A program made the translations under genes and the position numbers. Positions 19,502 to 30,821 of a stretch of 64,000 nucleotides of DNA are shown here, piece after piece. Source of the stretch: Escherichia phage 172-1. Where the stretch lies: the sequence record NC_028903.1; one strand, given 5' to 3'. Position 1 is the stretch's first letter. Each line of letters opens with the position of its first letter. The notes beneath the pieces are model-generated. The model was not told the origin of the DNA. It saw only the letters and a program-made list of their open reading frames with translations, and ran no database searches.

Positions 19502-19513
19502 AGGAGATTTAAT

Positions 19514-20482
19514 ATGGCACTTTTCGGAGGCGGGGGTAGTAAGACTACTTCTCAAATGATTCGCCCTGAATACATCCAACAGTATATTGACCAGCTTAAT
19601 CAACAGATTGGTAATACTAGTTCAGGGGATTATGTTTATCGTGACAATGTAGGATTCAATAACAACCAGACAGAAGCTCTTAACAACTTAGCACAATCTG
19701 GTGCCCTAGGGACTCTCTCACAGCAATACATGGATGCAGCAGGTCAAGGGTTGGGTTATCTAGATAATGCCTATAAAGGCTATCAGAGCCTCTCTGGACA
19801 AGGTGGGATTACTGGGGAACAGATTGGTGCTCTTGCTGGTCAACTGTATGATGACGATGCTGTTCAGGCAGCTATTACAGCTAATAATGAACAAGTTCAG
19901 CAGAACCTAGCACGCAACGCTCTTCCTCAGCTAGCTCAGCAGTATGCTGGTCAGCAGGGTTCAGGTGCTCGTATGGCTAAATCTTTTGCTCAAGGTGATG
20001 CTCTGAATCAGATGCAAAGCCAAGCAACAGATATTACTAACAGTGCTTATAACTCGGCTATCAACCAAGCTGAAAGCATTCTCTCTGGTAATAGACAGAA
20101 TCAGGCAGCTGCTCTCTCAGGTCTTTCTACTATTGGTTCTAACCTTTCCAATTTAGGTCAACAAGGTGCTGATCTATCTCAACAACAAATATTAAACCAA
20201 TGGAAGGCTGGGTTGCAGCAACAACAGCAACAACAGAATGAATATGATAATGCCTACCAGAATGCTCAGAACGCAGCTAATTGGGGATGGCAAGATATCA
20301 ACAACCAACTCGGTGCAGCAGGTGTACTTAACGGCGCTCTCGGACAAACTACAACTACTAAAACATCTGGTGGGGGTGGTGGCTTCTTAGGTGGAGCTAT
20401 GAGTGGTGCAGCAGCTGGCTCTTCTTTTGGTCCTTGGGGTGCCTTGGCTGGAGGGGTGATTGGCGGGATGGCTAGTTCTTAA
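19514..20482 (+). CDS. Gln/Asn/Gly-rich low-complexity virion protein (paralog)
   Basis: 322 aa; paralog of 18449..19501. Confidence 0.5.
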   Translation: MALFGGGGSKTTSQMIRPEYIQQYIDQLNQQIGNTSSGDYVYRDNVGFNNNQTEALNNLAQSGALGTLSQQYMDAAGQGLGYLDNAYKGYQSLSGQGGITGEQIGALAGQLYDDDAVQAAITANNEQVQQNLARNALPQLAQQYAGQQGSGARMAKSFAQGDALNQMQSQATDITNSAYNSAINQAESILSGNRQNQAAALSGLSTIGSNLSNLGQQGADLSQQQILNQWKAGLQQQQQQQNEYDNAYQNAQNAANWGWQDINNQLGAAGVLNGALGQTTTTKTSGGGGGFLGGAMSGAAAGSSFGPWGALAGGVIGGMASS

Positions 20483-20495
20483 TTAGGAGATAAAT

Positions 20496-22151
20496 ATGCA
20501 ACAGACAACTTACGCTCAGGTCAGAAGTCGTGACCCGAGAAATACTTTCTATGGTGTTAATCCGGGAGCGGCTTCGGCCTCTCCTTATATGGCTAGACCT
20601 ACTCAGACAGCGGATGTTTCTATGTACCAGCGTCCTGCTGTACCTTCATCTCTCGCAGGTCTTGTCTCTCAGGCAGAAGAAGATCAGAATGCTATGGTGA
20701 ATCCGGGATTCCAGCAACGTCTTATGGAACAACAGAATCAAGGAACCCCAACAAGTCTTCAGGGTATTGACATTGGAGCACCAGCCCCTGTAGCAGCTAA
20801 TCCTAATTTATCTACTGATCAAGGTTTGCAGGATGCTGGACTTATGCCTAGTGACCCTCTTCCGGTGACACCTCCTGCCAAGCCACTAGAAACTGGTCCT
20901 ATGGAGTTTACTCCTTCTCAGGTTGAACAAGCACAAGGTGTTGTTAATACTCTTGCTCAAGGACAAGACACCGGTGACGGAATGGCTGCTGCTACTCGTA
21001 CTAAAGATCAAGAGCGTGTTAACAATGATATCTTGCAAGTTGCAAAAGCTAAAGATCCTTCAGAAGCTTGGAAGAAGTTACAGAAAGAACCTTTCTATCA
21101 GAACTCTAGTTTCTATACAGGTTTAATGGGTGTAGGTCTTTCTATCATGTCAGGTAAATCTCCTATCGAAGCATTCCAGATTGGTCAGGGGATGGCTAAT
21201 CAAGATGAGACTAAAAAGCAACTGGAAGCTAACCGTGATGCTCTGATTGAACAAGGTTTCTCTCAAGACTCAATTGCAGCTGCTATAGCTCAGGGTGATC
21301 CTTCTCTTCTGAAGATGAAAGCTAAAGACCCTCTTCAACAGGAAGCTCTGTATGCTGCTCGTGAAGAACGTCAGAATGCTGAATGGGATAGACGTCAACA
21401 GATTCAAGAGCAGTCTATGCGTGAACGTGCTGAGGAAACTCGTCGTGCTGCTGAAAAGAGAACTGACATGAACTTTGAACGTCAGAAAGAGTTGATTGGT
21501 TATCGTGATAAAGTTAAGGCTGAACGTGCTGAACAAGTTGCTCAGAGTTTTAACTTCCCCACGAAAGAAATTCGTAACGCTCAGAATACAGCTGAAGGTA
21601 CAATTGCTAAGCAGTGGGCAGAGAAAGGTGGCCTGTTTAACCAGTCTAACAAAGACTTGGATTTGGCTGATAAAGCTGTTAAGGACAAGGATTACCAGAC
21701 GGCCCGTTCTGCTTACATGCAGGCTATCATGAACTCCGCAAGGGCTGAAATCGGCTCTACTCGTTCTCTTACTGAAGAAGACTTGGGACATTTTGCAGAA
21801 GACCCATCAATCTTTATCCGTGTAGGTAACAAGTTCGCTCTGAAGTCTGGGTGGCGTCCTACTGATTCTGCTCTTGCTTATGCTCGTAAACAGGCTAACG
21901 TCGGTCATACCTCTGCTATGAAAGGTGTTGCTGATGCTAAGAGAGATACTATCAACGCTTATGTTGGTTCTGGTATGGATAAGAAGAGAGCTACTGCATT
22001 GGTTAACCGTGCAATTCCTTCTGGCGGTTTCTATGACCCTCTCGGTGTTTTCTCTGATGAAGCAGAAGATTATGTTGGTGGTGCAGCAACCAACCCTAAA
22101 CTGAACGGTGCTTTATCAGCTGTCGAAGACACTAGCTGGTTCACGCAATAA
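20496..22151 (+). CDS. internal virion protein, hypothetical
   Basis: 551-aa ORF in the late block. Confidence 0.45.
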   Translation: MQQTTYAQVRSRDPRNTFYGVNPGAASASPYMARPTQTADVSMYQRPAVPSSLAGLVSQAEEDQNAMVNPGFQQRLMEQQNQGTPTSLQGIDIGAPAPVAANPNLSTDQGLQDAGLMPSDPLPVTPPAKPLETGPMEFTPSQVEQAQGVVNTLAQGQDTGDGMAAATRTKDQERVNNDILQVAKAKDPSEAWKKLQKEPFYQNSSFYTGLMGVGLSIMSGKSPIEAFQIGQGMANQDETKKQLEANRDALIEQGFSQDSIAAAIAQGDPSLLKMKAKDPLQQEALYAAREERQNAEWDRRQQIQEQSMRERAEETRRAAEKRTDMNFERQKELIGYRDKVKAERAEQVAQSFNFPTKEIRNAQNTAEGTIAKQWAEKGGLFNQSNKDLDLADKAVKDKDYQTARSAYMQAIMNSARAEIGSTRSLTEEDLGHFAEDPSIFIRVGNKFALKSGWRPTDSALAYARKQANVGHTSAMKGVADAKRDTINAYVGSGMDKKRATALVNRAIPSGGFYDPLGVFSDEAEDYVGGAATNPKLNGALSAVEDTSWFTQ

Positions 22152-22171
22152 GACCTAAGTCCTGCCTTCTA

Positions 22172-22180
22172 TAATGTATA
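22172..22180 (+). promoter_or_regulatory. TAATGTATA promoter-like motif
   Basis: exact 9-mer 38 nt upstream of ATG 22219. Confidence 0.35.
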
Positions 22181-22218
22181 TAGGGGGTAGGACATTTTTA
22201 TTTATAAAAGGAGACGTT

Positions 22219-25200
22219 ATGGCTAACATTAAACCGTGGGAAGAAGCTTCCAAAGCTCCTGCGTATCTGAATGCCTCTCCGGAGCAGCAAGCTCAAATGA
22301 GAGAACAATATAAGGCAGCAGGTGGCTCTATTCCTGAGGAACAGCCAGTAGCACAACCACAACAAGAAGAACGTGGTGTTATAGGTGAGTTTGCTCAAGG
22401 TGTGTCAAATGCTCTTCAATCTGGTGGTGCAAATATTGCAGCTAGTGCTGCTAAAGGTATTGGTGGTTTAGTTGAGATTGGTGAGAATCTAGCTGGAGCA
22501 CAAACTAGTTATGGAAAGCGTATCCAAGAGAACTCTCAGAACCTTCTGAAAGAACGTATGGATAAGATTGAGGATGGGATTGGTAAAACTGCTGGGCAAT
22601 ATGCTGGCGTTGTTGGTGATATTGGTTTGACTGTTGCTAACCCATTAGCTGCCGCTGCTATCATTGCAGGTCGTGAGACAGGTCGTGCATATGCAGACCA
22701 AACTCCTGAAGAGGGAGAAGATAAGTCTGTTCTGGATGCCGCTCTAGTTGGTGGTGCTAACTATGCAGCTCAGAGAATCCTTCCGGGTGCTGTTGGTACA
22801 GCTGAGTCTACACTTGGTCGTATTGGTCAGAACGTTGCTAGTAACGCAGTGGCTGGTGCTAAAGGTGGTGCTCTTGTAGGTGCTGCTGAAGCTCAGAACA
22901 AACATGGTGATGACACAACCTTTGCTAATGTCTTAGAAGGTGCTATTGAAGAAGGCGCTATGGGTGCTGCATTCGGTGGTGCAGTTGGTGGTGTTCATGG
23001 TTTGATTAGTCGTCCAGATTCTACTGTCTTCAAGAATACTCCAGAGTATGCGAAGACTGATATTGCTGCTGATGATGAACTGATTCGTAGTGCTAAGAAT
23101 GTTGATGAACTGAAAGAAGCTTATTCTAAAGCTGAAACTGCTAACGCTGCTTCCGCTCTTAATCTTCTGGATGAGAATGGATTCCGTATTACTGATGCTG
23201 TTGCTGTAGACTCTCCTGCTGCTCAGCGTATTCTTAATACAGACCAAGCTCGTGCTGAGAAAGCTGCTTCTGCTCAGAAAGAGCATTCTAACATTCCAGG
23301 ACTCAATCCTTTGGCTTCTCCTGCTAAGGTTCGTGGTAAAGCATTCGCTGATAATGAGCACAATCAGAAGCAAGCTGTCGCTATGAAAGATGCAATGGCT
23401 GACTACACCAAGGATAACACGAAAGCTCTTACAGATGTTCTAGATAACCTAGACCGTGAATTAACTTCTCTTAGAGCATCTGGACACTTCACCGGTAGTC
23501 CACTTGACGTTAAGAATCGCACACAAGCTGACCGTGATTTCATTGATGCTTACAAGACTTTCTACAACGAGGCGAATCGATTCAAAGCTCGTGATGGTGA
23601 AGACTTTAATAACTTTGTAGAGAAAGCTGCTGAGCTACAGAAGATGGCTGATAACGTTTCTCCAGAGATGAAGAAAGCTATTGGCGGGTTGAAGAAACTG
23701 AAAGGTATGCCTGAAGGTTTTAATCCCATTCAAGATGCCTACACTCTGAACAATACAGCTAAATTCATGAGCAACCAAGACCGTGGTTGGACTTCCCTGA
23801 CTGATGATGGCTTCCGTGAGACTTCTTCTCCTAGTCTGGTTATGAACACCCTTGGTGCTGCTAAGTATGCTATAAACCGCTTCTCTTCTCAGCGTGCTCG
23901 CTCTCAACGTGTTAAGCAACAAGAGGCTAACAGTGAAGCTATCCGCTCTCTGGCTCGTGGTGATTTGGAAGTTGCTCGTGCTAAATCTACTGCTGATGAA
24001 GCTCGTGCTAAAATGGAAGAAGAACCAGTTGTTGATGACATTAAATTCAAGACGCAAAATGACGTAGAAACCGAACCGGTTCGGGAGCCTTCTTCTAGTA
24101 CTGTGACGGAAGAAAATCTTCCTTCTTCTGCTCCTCAAGAATCTCCTCTTACAGCTCGTGATTTAGTTGCGCAAAGACGTGCTATCCGTCAGGCTGAACA
24201 GCGTCGTGCTGAAGAAGAGGCAGCTGCTGCTCAAGAAGCTCCGGTTGAACAGGCTCCACAGGCTGAACCACTCCCTGCTCGTAATCCTTTAGAGGAACGT
24301 CGTGCAATGGAACAGCAACGTGCTCAAGAAGAGGCCGCACAGGCTCCAGAACCAACCGTAGAGGAACCAACAGCCAAAGCTGAGCCATTACCTGCTCGTG
24401 CTCCTAAAGCTCCTGAGGAAGCTGTACAGGACGTTAAACCGGAAAGCGGTATAGAGTACCTAGCTGCTATGTCAAGTACTGCTCGTCAAGTTGCTAGAGA
24501 TCGTGCAACACGTTTTGCTAAATCCTTATACTCTAAGGCTGCTAAGGCTAAAGCTACTGCTGAAAACTTCTTAGCTTACAAAGGCGACCCTTTGGAGTTG
24601 ATGCGTCGTATTCGTCGGGAAGATAATGCTATCAACACTGAACGTCATGAAGAGATGGCTCGTAATCAGTTAGCTTCTCAGCAAGGTATTGCTACTGCTA
24701 AGAACAACACTGTACGAACTAATTTTGCTGAATGGGTTAAGGAACGTGGTCTGCCAGAAGACATTGCTACTAAGGCATTACGTGCTGAAGAGAAAGGTTT
24801 AGGTGGGAACGTGACTAACTTAGATAGTCTGAAACGTCGTGCTGAGAGATTGTATCAGAAGCAGCGTGAGGATGAGTTTGATAGGCTGTACCAAGAAGCT
24901 CTGGAAGAGAACAAAGCTTTCGATAAGAAGGATGCTCCTAAATTGGTTGACCAGAAGAAAGAGCTTCAGTCTGAGATTGATACTTTGATTGATTCAGAAC
25001 CTTTACGTCCTGCTCAGAAAGATGCTATGCGCAAGCTGATGAATGATTATGTAGATGGGAAGTTTAAATCTTCAGAGAAGGCTGGTAGAGAAGAGGCTTT
25101 GGAAGTTGGTCAGATGAAGGATGTTTGGGATGGGTTTATTAACACCTATAACAGAGAAGTGAATGCCTTCAACAAAGCTAACAAGAACTCTCAATACGAA

Positions 25201-26640
25201 GCTGCTGCTAAACACTTGCAGGCTCGTGAAGAACGTCTTGCTACTCTGAGAAATAAAGCTCAGGCTCGTTCAGATGCTAAAGCTGCTGTTGAAAATGAAC
25301 GTAAAACTCTAGAGGCTATTGCAGCTCAGAAGAGTGAGATTGAGAAGATGATGGAAGGTTTACCTAAGCCTGTTCGTGAAGCTCAGGAATCTCGTACATT
25401 GAAACAGTTGGCTGCTCACCATGATAAGAACTCTCCAGTTCCTCCAGAGAAGTTCCGTAGTTACATTGAACGTATCCATAACGCCGAGTCAGATTACCTT
25501 GACCGTCAGCGTCGTTTAACTGATGCAGAGGAAGATGCTCGTCAGGCTAAGTGGAATAAGATGTATGAGCAAGCGGAAGAGATGGACCGTAAATTTGATA
25601 TAGACAAAAGAGTTAAACGCAGTGAAGAGCTTAAAGCGGCTCAGAAGCGTGAGAATGATCTCATGGCAGTACAACGTCAACGTGACGACATTCATCGTCG
25701 CCTGATGCATACTTTGGAAGATAAAGGCATATCTAAAGAGGATGCTGAAGCATTTGCTGGTTCCTACATGGATAACCGTTATGCACTTCTTGATAAGCCT
25801 ATGACTCCTACTGAACATCAGAATGCTCGTTCTCGTATCGAAGCTGATGTTGAGAAGTTTGCTAAGAAGTACGAATCAATGACCCCTATCGAGAAAGAGA
25901 TTGTTAAGATTACTGGAGATACTGAAGGTAAGCTTGATAACTTGGATGCGGATACTAGGAAGGCTGTTGAGGAGGCTCAGAAGGTTGACTCTGATATTAA
26001 GAAACTGCAAGAGGAAGAGTTGGAGATGGAGAAGATTCGTTCTGCTCTGCCTGACGATGAAAAATCTCAAGCAAATTCTGATATCTTGGAAAGTATTAAA
26101 CAGCAGGAAGAAGTCTTTGCTGATAAAGTAGAGAAAGCTTTCTTGAGTGGGAAGAGCTTGGATGAGTTGGCTAGTGTGGCTGAAGTTTTAGACAGGGTTC
26201 ATGGTGCAGACAAGGCTGGTAACAACCGTCGCTTTGTACGTGCATTGCAGACTGCTGCTGAAAACAAGAAGAAGTATGGTGATAATCCGGTAGCTTGGTT
26301 TAGTGCTGATGATTATTCTGCTATTGCTAAACTTGGTGCTTCTTCCGCAGGTGGTAACAAATCTAGAGCACTGGAGAAGATCTTTGGTTCTACAGCTGAA
26401 CAAGCTAAGAGTAAGTTGCTTGGTAGGGATGATGTAGCGAAGATGAGACGTGTAATTGAAGAGAACCCTGATGTTAAGATTCCTTCTTACAAGACAACGA
26501 ATCGTACTGAGTACTTGCAGTTCTTGGAGAAGTTTAATGACGAAGGGAAGCCGAAGATTAAACGTGGCTCATTGTCAGAGAAGCTTGAACGCAGTAAGCG
26601 TCAATCGAGACTCCGTGTAAGAGTTCGACCTAAGGAGTGA
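22219..26640 (+). CDS. large internal virion (ejection or core) protein
   Basis: listed ORF trimmed to the ATG at 22219 with RBS aaaggaga; 1473 aa, Ala/Glu/Lys-rich coiled-coil with internal repeats. Confidence 0.55.
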   Translation: MANIKPWEEASKAPAYLNASPEQQAQMREQYKAAGGSIPEEQPVAQPQQEERGVIGEFAQGVSNALQSGGANIAASAAKGIGGLVEIGENLAGAQTSYGKRIQENSQNLLKERMDKIEDGIGKTAGQYAGVVGDIGLTVANPLAAAAIIAGRETGRAYADQTPEEGEDKSVLDAALVGGANYAAQRILPGAVGTAESTLGRIGQNVASNAVAGAKGGALVGAAEAQNKHGDDTTFANVLEGAIEEGAMGAAFGGAVGGVHGLISRPDSTVFKNTPEYAKTDIAADDELIRSAKNVDELKEAYSKAETANAASALNLLDENGFRITDAVAVDSPAAQRILNTDQARAEKAASAQKEHSNIPGLNPLASPAKVRGKAFADNEHNQKQAVAMKDAMADYTKDNTKALTDVLDNLDRELTSLRASGHFTGSPLDVKNRTQADRDFIDAYKTFYNEANRFKARDGEDFNNFVEKAAELQKMADNVSPEMKKAIGGLKKLKGMPEGFNPIQDAYTLNNTAKFMSNQDRGWTSLTDDGFRETSSPSLVMNTLGAAKYAINRFSSQRARSQRVKQQEANSEAIRSLARGDLEVARAKSTADEARAKMEEEPVVDDIKFKTQNDVETEPVREPSSSTVTEENLPSSAPQESPLTARDLVAQRRAIRQAEQRRAEEEAAAAQEAPVEQAPQAEPLPARNPLEERRAMEQQRAQEEAAQAPEPTVEEPTAKAEPLPARAPKAPEEAVQDVKPESGIEYLAAMSSTARQVARDRATRFAKSLYSKAAKAKATAENFLAYKGDPLELMRRIRREDNAINTERHEEMARNQLASQQGIATAKNNTVRTNFAEWVKERGLPEDIATKALRAEEKGLGGNVTNLDSLKRRAERLYQKQREDEFDRLYQEALEENKAFDKKDAPKLVDQKKELQSEIDTLIDSEPLRPAQKDAMRKLMNDYVDGKFKSSEKAGREEALEVGQMKDVWDGFINTYNREVNAFNKANKNSQYEAAAKHLQAREERLATLRNKAQARSDAKAAVENERKTLEAIAAQKSEIEKMMEGLPKPVREAQESRTLKQLAAHHDKNSPVPPEKFRSYIERIHNAESDYLDRQRRLTDAEEDARQAKWNKMYEQAEEMDRKFDIDKRVKRSEELKAAQKRENDLMAVQRQRDDIHRRLMHTLEDKGISKEDAEAFAGSYMDNRYALLDKPMTPTEHQNARSRIEADVEKFAKKYESMTPIEKEIVKITGDTEGKLDNLDADTRKAVEEAQKVDSDIKKLQEEELEMEKIRSALPDDEKSQANSDILESIKQQEEVFADKVEKAFLSGKSLDELASVAEVLDRVHGADKAGNNRRFVRALQTAAENKKKYGDNPVAWFSADDYSAIAKLGASSAGGNKSRALEKIFGSTAEQAKSKLLGRDDVAKMRRVIEENPDVKIPSYKTTNRTEYLQFLEKFNDEGKPKIKRGSLSEKLERSKRQSRLRVRVRPKE

Positions 26641-26649
26641 TAAAAGAAA

Positions 26650-26683
26650 AGCCCCAACCGAAAGGAAGGGGCTTTATTTATTT
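26650..26683. terminator. bidirectional rho-independent terminator at the convergence point
   Basis: hairpin agcccc...ggggct flanked by A-run on one side and T-run on the other; ends both convergent blocks. Confidence 0.6.
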
Positions 26684-26919
26684 CTAGATTTTCTTGTAAG
26701 TGATAGTTCCTTCTTTAACAGCTTTATCATAAGCCGCTTTGAACTTTTTCATCATATCAATTTTGCTCTGTTTTATCTTTTCAAAAACCATCAAATTCGT
26801 CATACATCCCAATTCTCTTCAGAAGTCTGGATGTTCATCTTCAAAGCATCCTGAGATGCCTCCGTAGAACCAATCTGATTTACTGCCAAGGATAACAACT
26901 TCTTCATTCATATACCCTC

Positions 26920-27081
26920 CTAGATTGTGTTTATAAAATTAGTAAGTTTCTCTTCGCTTTCATCAAAAGCTTTTCCAGCTGCTTCCATCTCCCAAGTCTC
27001 GGCATTGTCAATAAAGCTCTGAGCTTCTAATAGATCGTGGATTAAGTCGAAGAGTTTATTTTTATCTGCTTGTGTGATCAT
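26920..27081 (-). CDS. small ORF (53 aa), hypothetical
   Basis: ATG with aggaa RBS; reads MITQADKNKLFDLIHDLLEAQSF...; not in the ORF track (under 60 aa). Confidence 0.3.
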   Translation of the reverse strand: MITQADKNKLFDLIHDLLEAQSFIDNAETWEMEAAGKAFDESEEKLTNFINTI

Positions 27082-27089
27082 GTCAGTTC

Positions 27090-27317
27090 CTAGATTAAAT
27101 CGTAATACTGAATAATGTCAGAGAGTTTGAACTCTCGAATCTCATCTTTCTCTATATCTATCGCTGTCATAATCCAACAAGGTTTGCCACCGTTATGAAA
27201 ACGGGAGCTAGCAACGGAGGTTCGGAGTGGAATAACGGACCGGTCAGCAACCTCGCCTCTCCAATTGCGATAGCGAAAGCGAAGCACTTGTTGCGTAGAT
27301 TTTTGATCATCACTCAT
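27090..27317 (-). CDS. hypothetical protein
   Basis: listed ORF trimmed to the internal Met (MSDDQK...) just downstream of the HNH gene stop. Confidence 0.35.
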   Translation of the reverse strand: MSDDQKSTQQVLRFRYRNWRGEVADRSVIPLRTSVASSRFHNGGKPCWIMTAIDIEKDEIREFKLSDIIQYYDLI

Positions 27318-27762
27318 TTCCTTTTTTGAATTGTTTTCTTGCATCATTCTCTTCTTTTGTTTTAATCTTATGACAAGGGTCTTTACATAGAACCTGAAAA
27401 CCCTCTTTCTCACACAGAGCACGAGAGATGATTTCATCCCAAGTTGCTTCATGGTCAAGAGGAACTATAGGCTCTATGTGGTCAATAGCCATATCCTTTA
27501 CAGGGTGGTCAGAACCACACATGGCACACTTAAAGTGCATTGCCAGTCTGCCTGTCTTTGGATTAATCTTCTGCTCTGTCTTGGCGTCTGCTAGTGCATC
27601 GAACATGGGCTTCCACTTTCTAGTCAGAGAACGAATCCCTGACTTGATGAAAGAATTATAACGAGCTTCAGTCCACATGCCGGAGCATCTAGTTTTCTCA
27701 GACTTCGCCATAATCAGCTTCTTCCCATACGCGCTTACCCACTCGATGTGATACTTTTTCAC
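27310..27762 (-). mobile_element. HNH endonuclease
   Basis: motifs AIDHIEPIV and VLCKDPCHKIK (HNH with Cys/His zinc ligands). Confidence 0.6.
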
Positions 27763-27890
27763 GCTTTTCTTTAATATAGCGACTTCCTAATTCATGGCTA
27801 TACTTAATGCGCTGCTCCTTACGAGATTCACGATTGGAGGAGTTTTCATCATATGAACGATAATCAAATTTACCCATTATAATATCCTTA

Positions 27891-28709
27891 TTACCAAGAT
27901 TTGTCTAACCATGTCCAGTCGAACAGGTCTTCCGGAGTCTGACCAACAAAGAGCAGCCGAGCATTCTCAAGCATCTTCTCTTCATCTTCAGTATCGAACT
28001 TCTTATAATACTCCATTCGTACTATATGATACATGGTCCATTTGTCTGTAACACCAGCCAACAACTTAGCTGCTGCTTTCTTCCCTACTCCTTGGCGTCG
28101 AAGCTGAAGCTTACCGCCCCACATAACTTCTTTACGTTCTCCACATCCGGGGATATTATCTGTTCCATCTCCAATCAACATCTGATAGAAGAAGTTTTGC
28201 CATGAAACTAAATCAGATACATAGTGAGGAGGAACTTCTTTCTGCCTTTCTCCACAAGCCCAACGGTAGTGCCATCCGGGAGTTATCAACAAATCTTTGT
28301 CTCTAGTACAGATGATAGTGTTCTTATCTCTACGTTGCCTTTCAGCTAGTGCATCATCAGCCTCTCTCCCAAATACATCTATGTATTCATATTTACCTTT
28401 AATATAATCACCAACATTTTGCCAGTGAAAAGGTCTTTCTCCGGGAGGTCTATTTGCCTTGTAGTCTTGCTGCTTAGCAACATCGAAACGGAAGTTACCA
28501 CCTTCGCTGAAGTAGAACACAACCTTACTGCAACCTGAGCGAGCAATGATAGTATCTATCTTGTACTGAAGTCGTTCAATCATGAAATTGTAATCAACTG
28601 GAACACGTCCTGTGTCAAGGAAAGGATGCTCCTGAGTAAGAGCACCCACTTCATATCGAAGAACGTCAGCATCCACTATAGCTACTTCAGGGAGCTTAAC
28701 GTCTTCCAT
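27891..28709 (-). CDS. 5'-3' exonuclease / flap endonuclease
   Basis: LIGDGTDNIPGCG matches the Pol I 5'-nuclease / FEN signature (GDxxDNIPG). Confidence 0.65.
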   Translation of the reverse strand: MEDVKLPEVAIVDADVLRYEVGALTQEHPFLDTGRVPVDYNFMIERLQYKIDTIIARSGCSKVVFYFSEGGNFRFDVAKQQDYKANRPPGERPFHWQNVGDYIKGKYEYIDVFGREADDALAERQRRDKNTIICTRDKDLLITPGWHYRWACGERQKEVPPHYVSDLVSWQNFFYQMLIGDGTDNIPGCGERKEVMWGGKLQLRRQGVGKKAAAKLLAGVTDKWTMYHIVRMEYYKKFDTEDEEKMLENARLLFVGQTPEDLFDWTWLDKSW

Positions 28710-28710
28710 A

Positions 28711-29234
28711 TTATTCTCCTAACAGCTTACGAATTTCATTGCGGAAATTATCATACTCTTCAGGGTATTCAAACCCACATTCGAGAAGAGCGTAGTGAAC
28801 AACCTTCAACAAATCCTGAGCCTTATTCTTATCCTTGTGTCGATAAGCATATTTGATCATGTTGGTTTGTTGGAAGTTCAACTGAGGGTTTGCATGGTAA
28901 AACTCAACAGGCTGAATTATCTTATTATTGGGATTGTAGTGAGAACCTCCCACCATAGATGCTAGTGCTGGATTGCCTTGAGATGCCATTTCTAATTGCT
29001 CCGTGTGGTCATGTGAGTAGTCTACTAAAGAAGCCTTGTTACCAGTCACTTTAGGTAAAATTGCTCTAGCTATTTCTATGTACTTACCGCCATCAACATT
29101 AATTTGAAACTCCACAAGTTCATCCTGTAGTTCATACCCTGATAAACTTGATAGCCCCTCTAGCTCATCTCTGAGAAAATCTAAAAGTTTGCTTTTAATT
29201 GCAAGAGCTTTCTTTAAAGATATCATCCCTTCAC

Positions 29235-29244
<10 letters not shown>
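28711..29244 (-). CDS. DUF3310-like protein
   Basis: HYNPNNKIIQPVEFYHANPQLNFQQTNMIKYAYRHKDKNKAQDLLKVVHYA resembles the DUF3310 signature. Confidence 0.4.
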
Positions 29245-30528
<1,284 letters not shown>

Positions 30529-30776
30529 AATGCATCTCTTTATAAACGGTTTCCGTGTTCTTCTTCCAGCTAGATAAACCGGTAAGAACTCTCTGAGCAA
30601 CTTCATCGGCTGCCTTACTTCTTTCAATCTCTAACTCTTGTTGATGTTTCTCTTTGTCTAGATTACTACTGTCTGTTTGGTACTCATTAAACTTCATACC
30701 ACCAAAGAATACAAGAGCTGAGAAAACGATAAACCCTAAGTTATCACTTAATGTGTTTTGCATGTTGTCTCCAACG

Positions 30777-30799
30777 AAAAAAGCCACCCGAAGGTGGCT
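30777..30799 (-). terminator. rho-independent terminator (minus strand)
   Basis: agccacc-uucg-ggtggct + UUUUU on the minus strand, just after the SSB gene. Confidence 0.5.
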
Positions 30800-30821
30800 A
30801 AGCTATAACAAGGAGAGTTAC

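Noticed and set aside
21270-21791. 173-aa antisense ORF inside the 551-aa virion protein gene
   Set aside because: Ser/Leu/Phe-rich composition typical of the reverse strand of coding sequence; no independent support
22933-24138. Antisense ORFs (22933..23373, 23635..24138) inside the large internal virion protein gene
   Set aside because: Embedded opposite a long continuous ORF on the late strand
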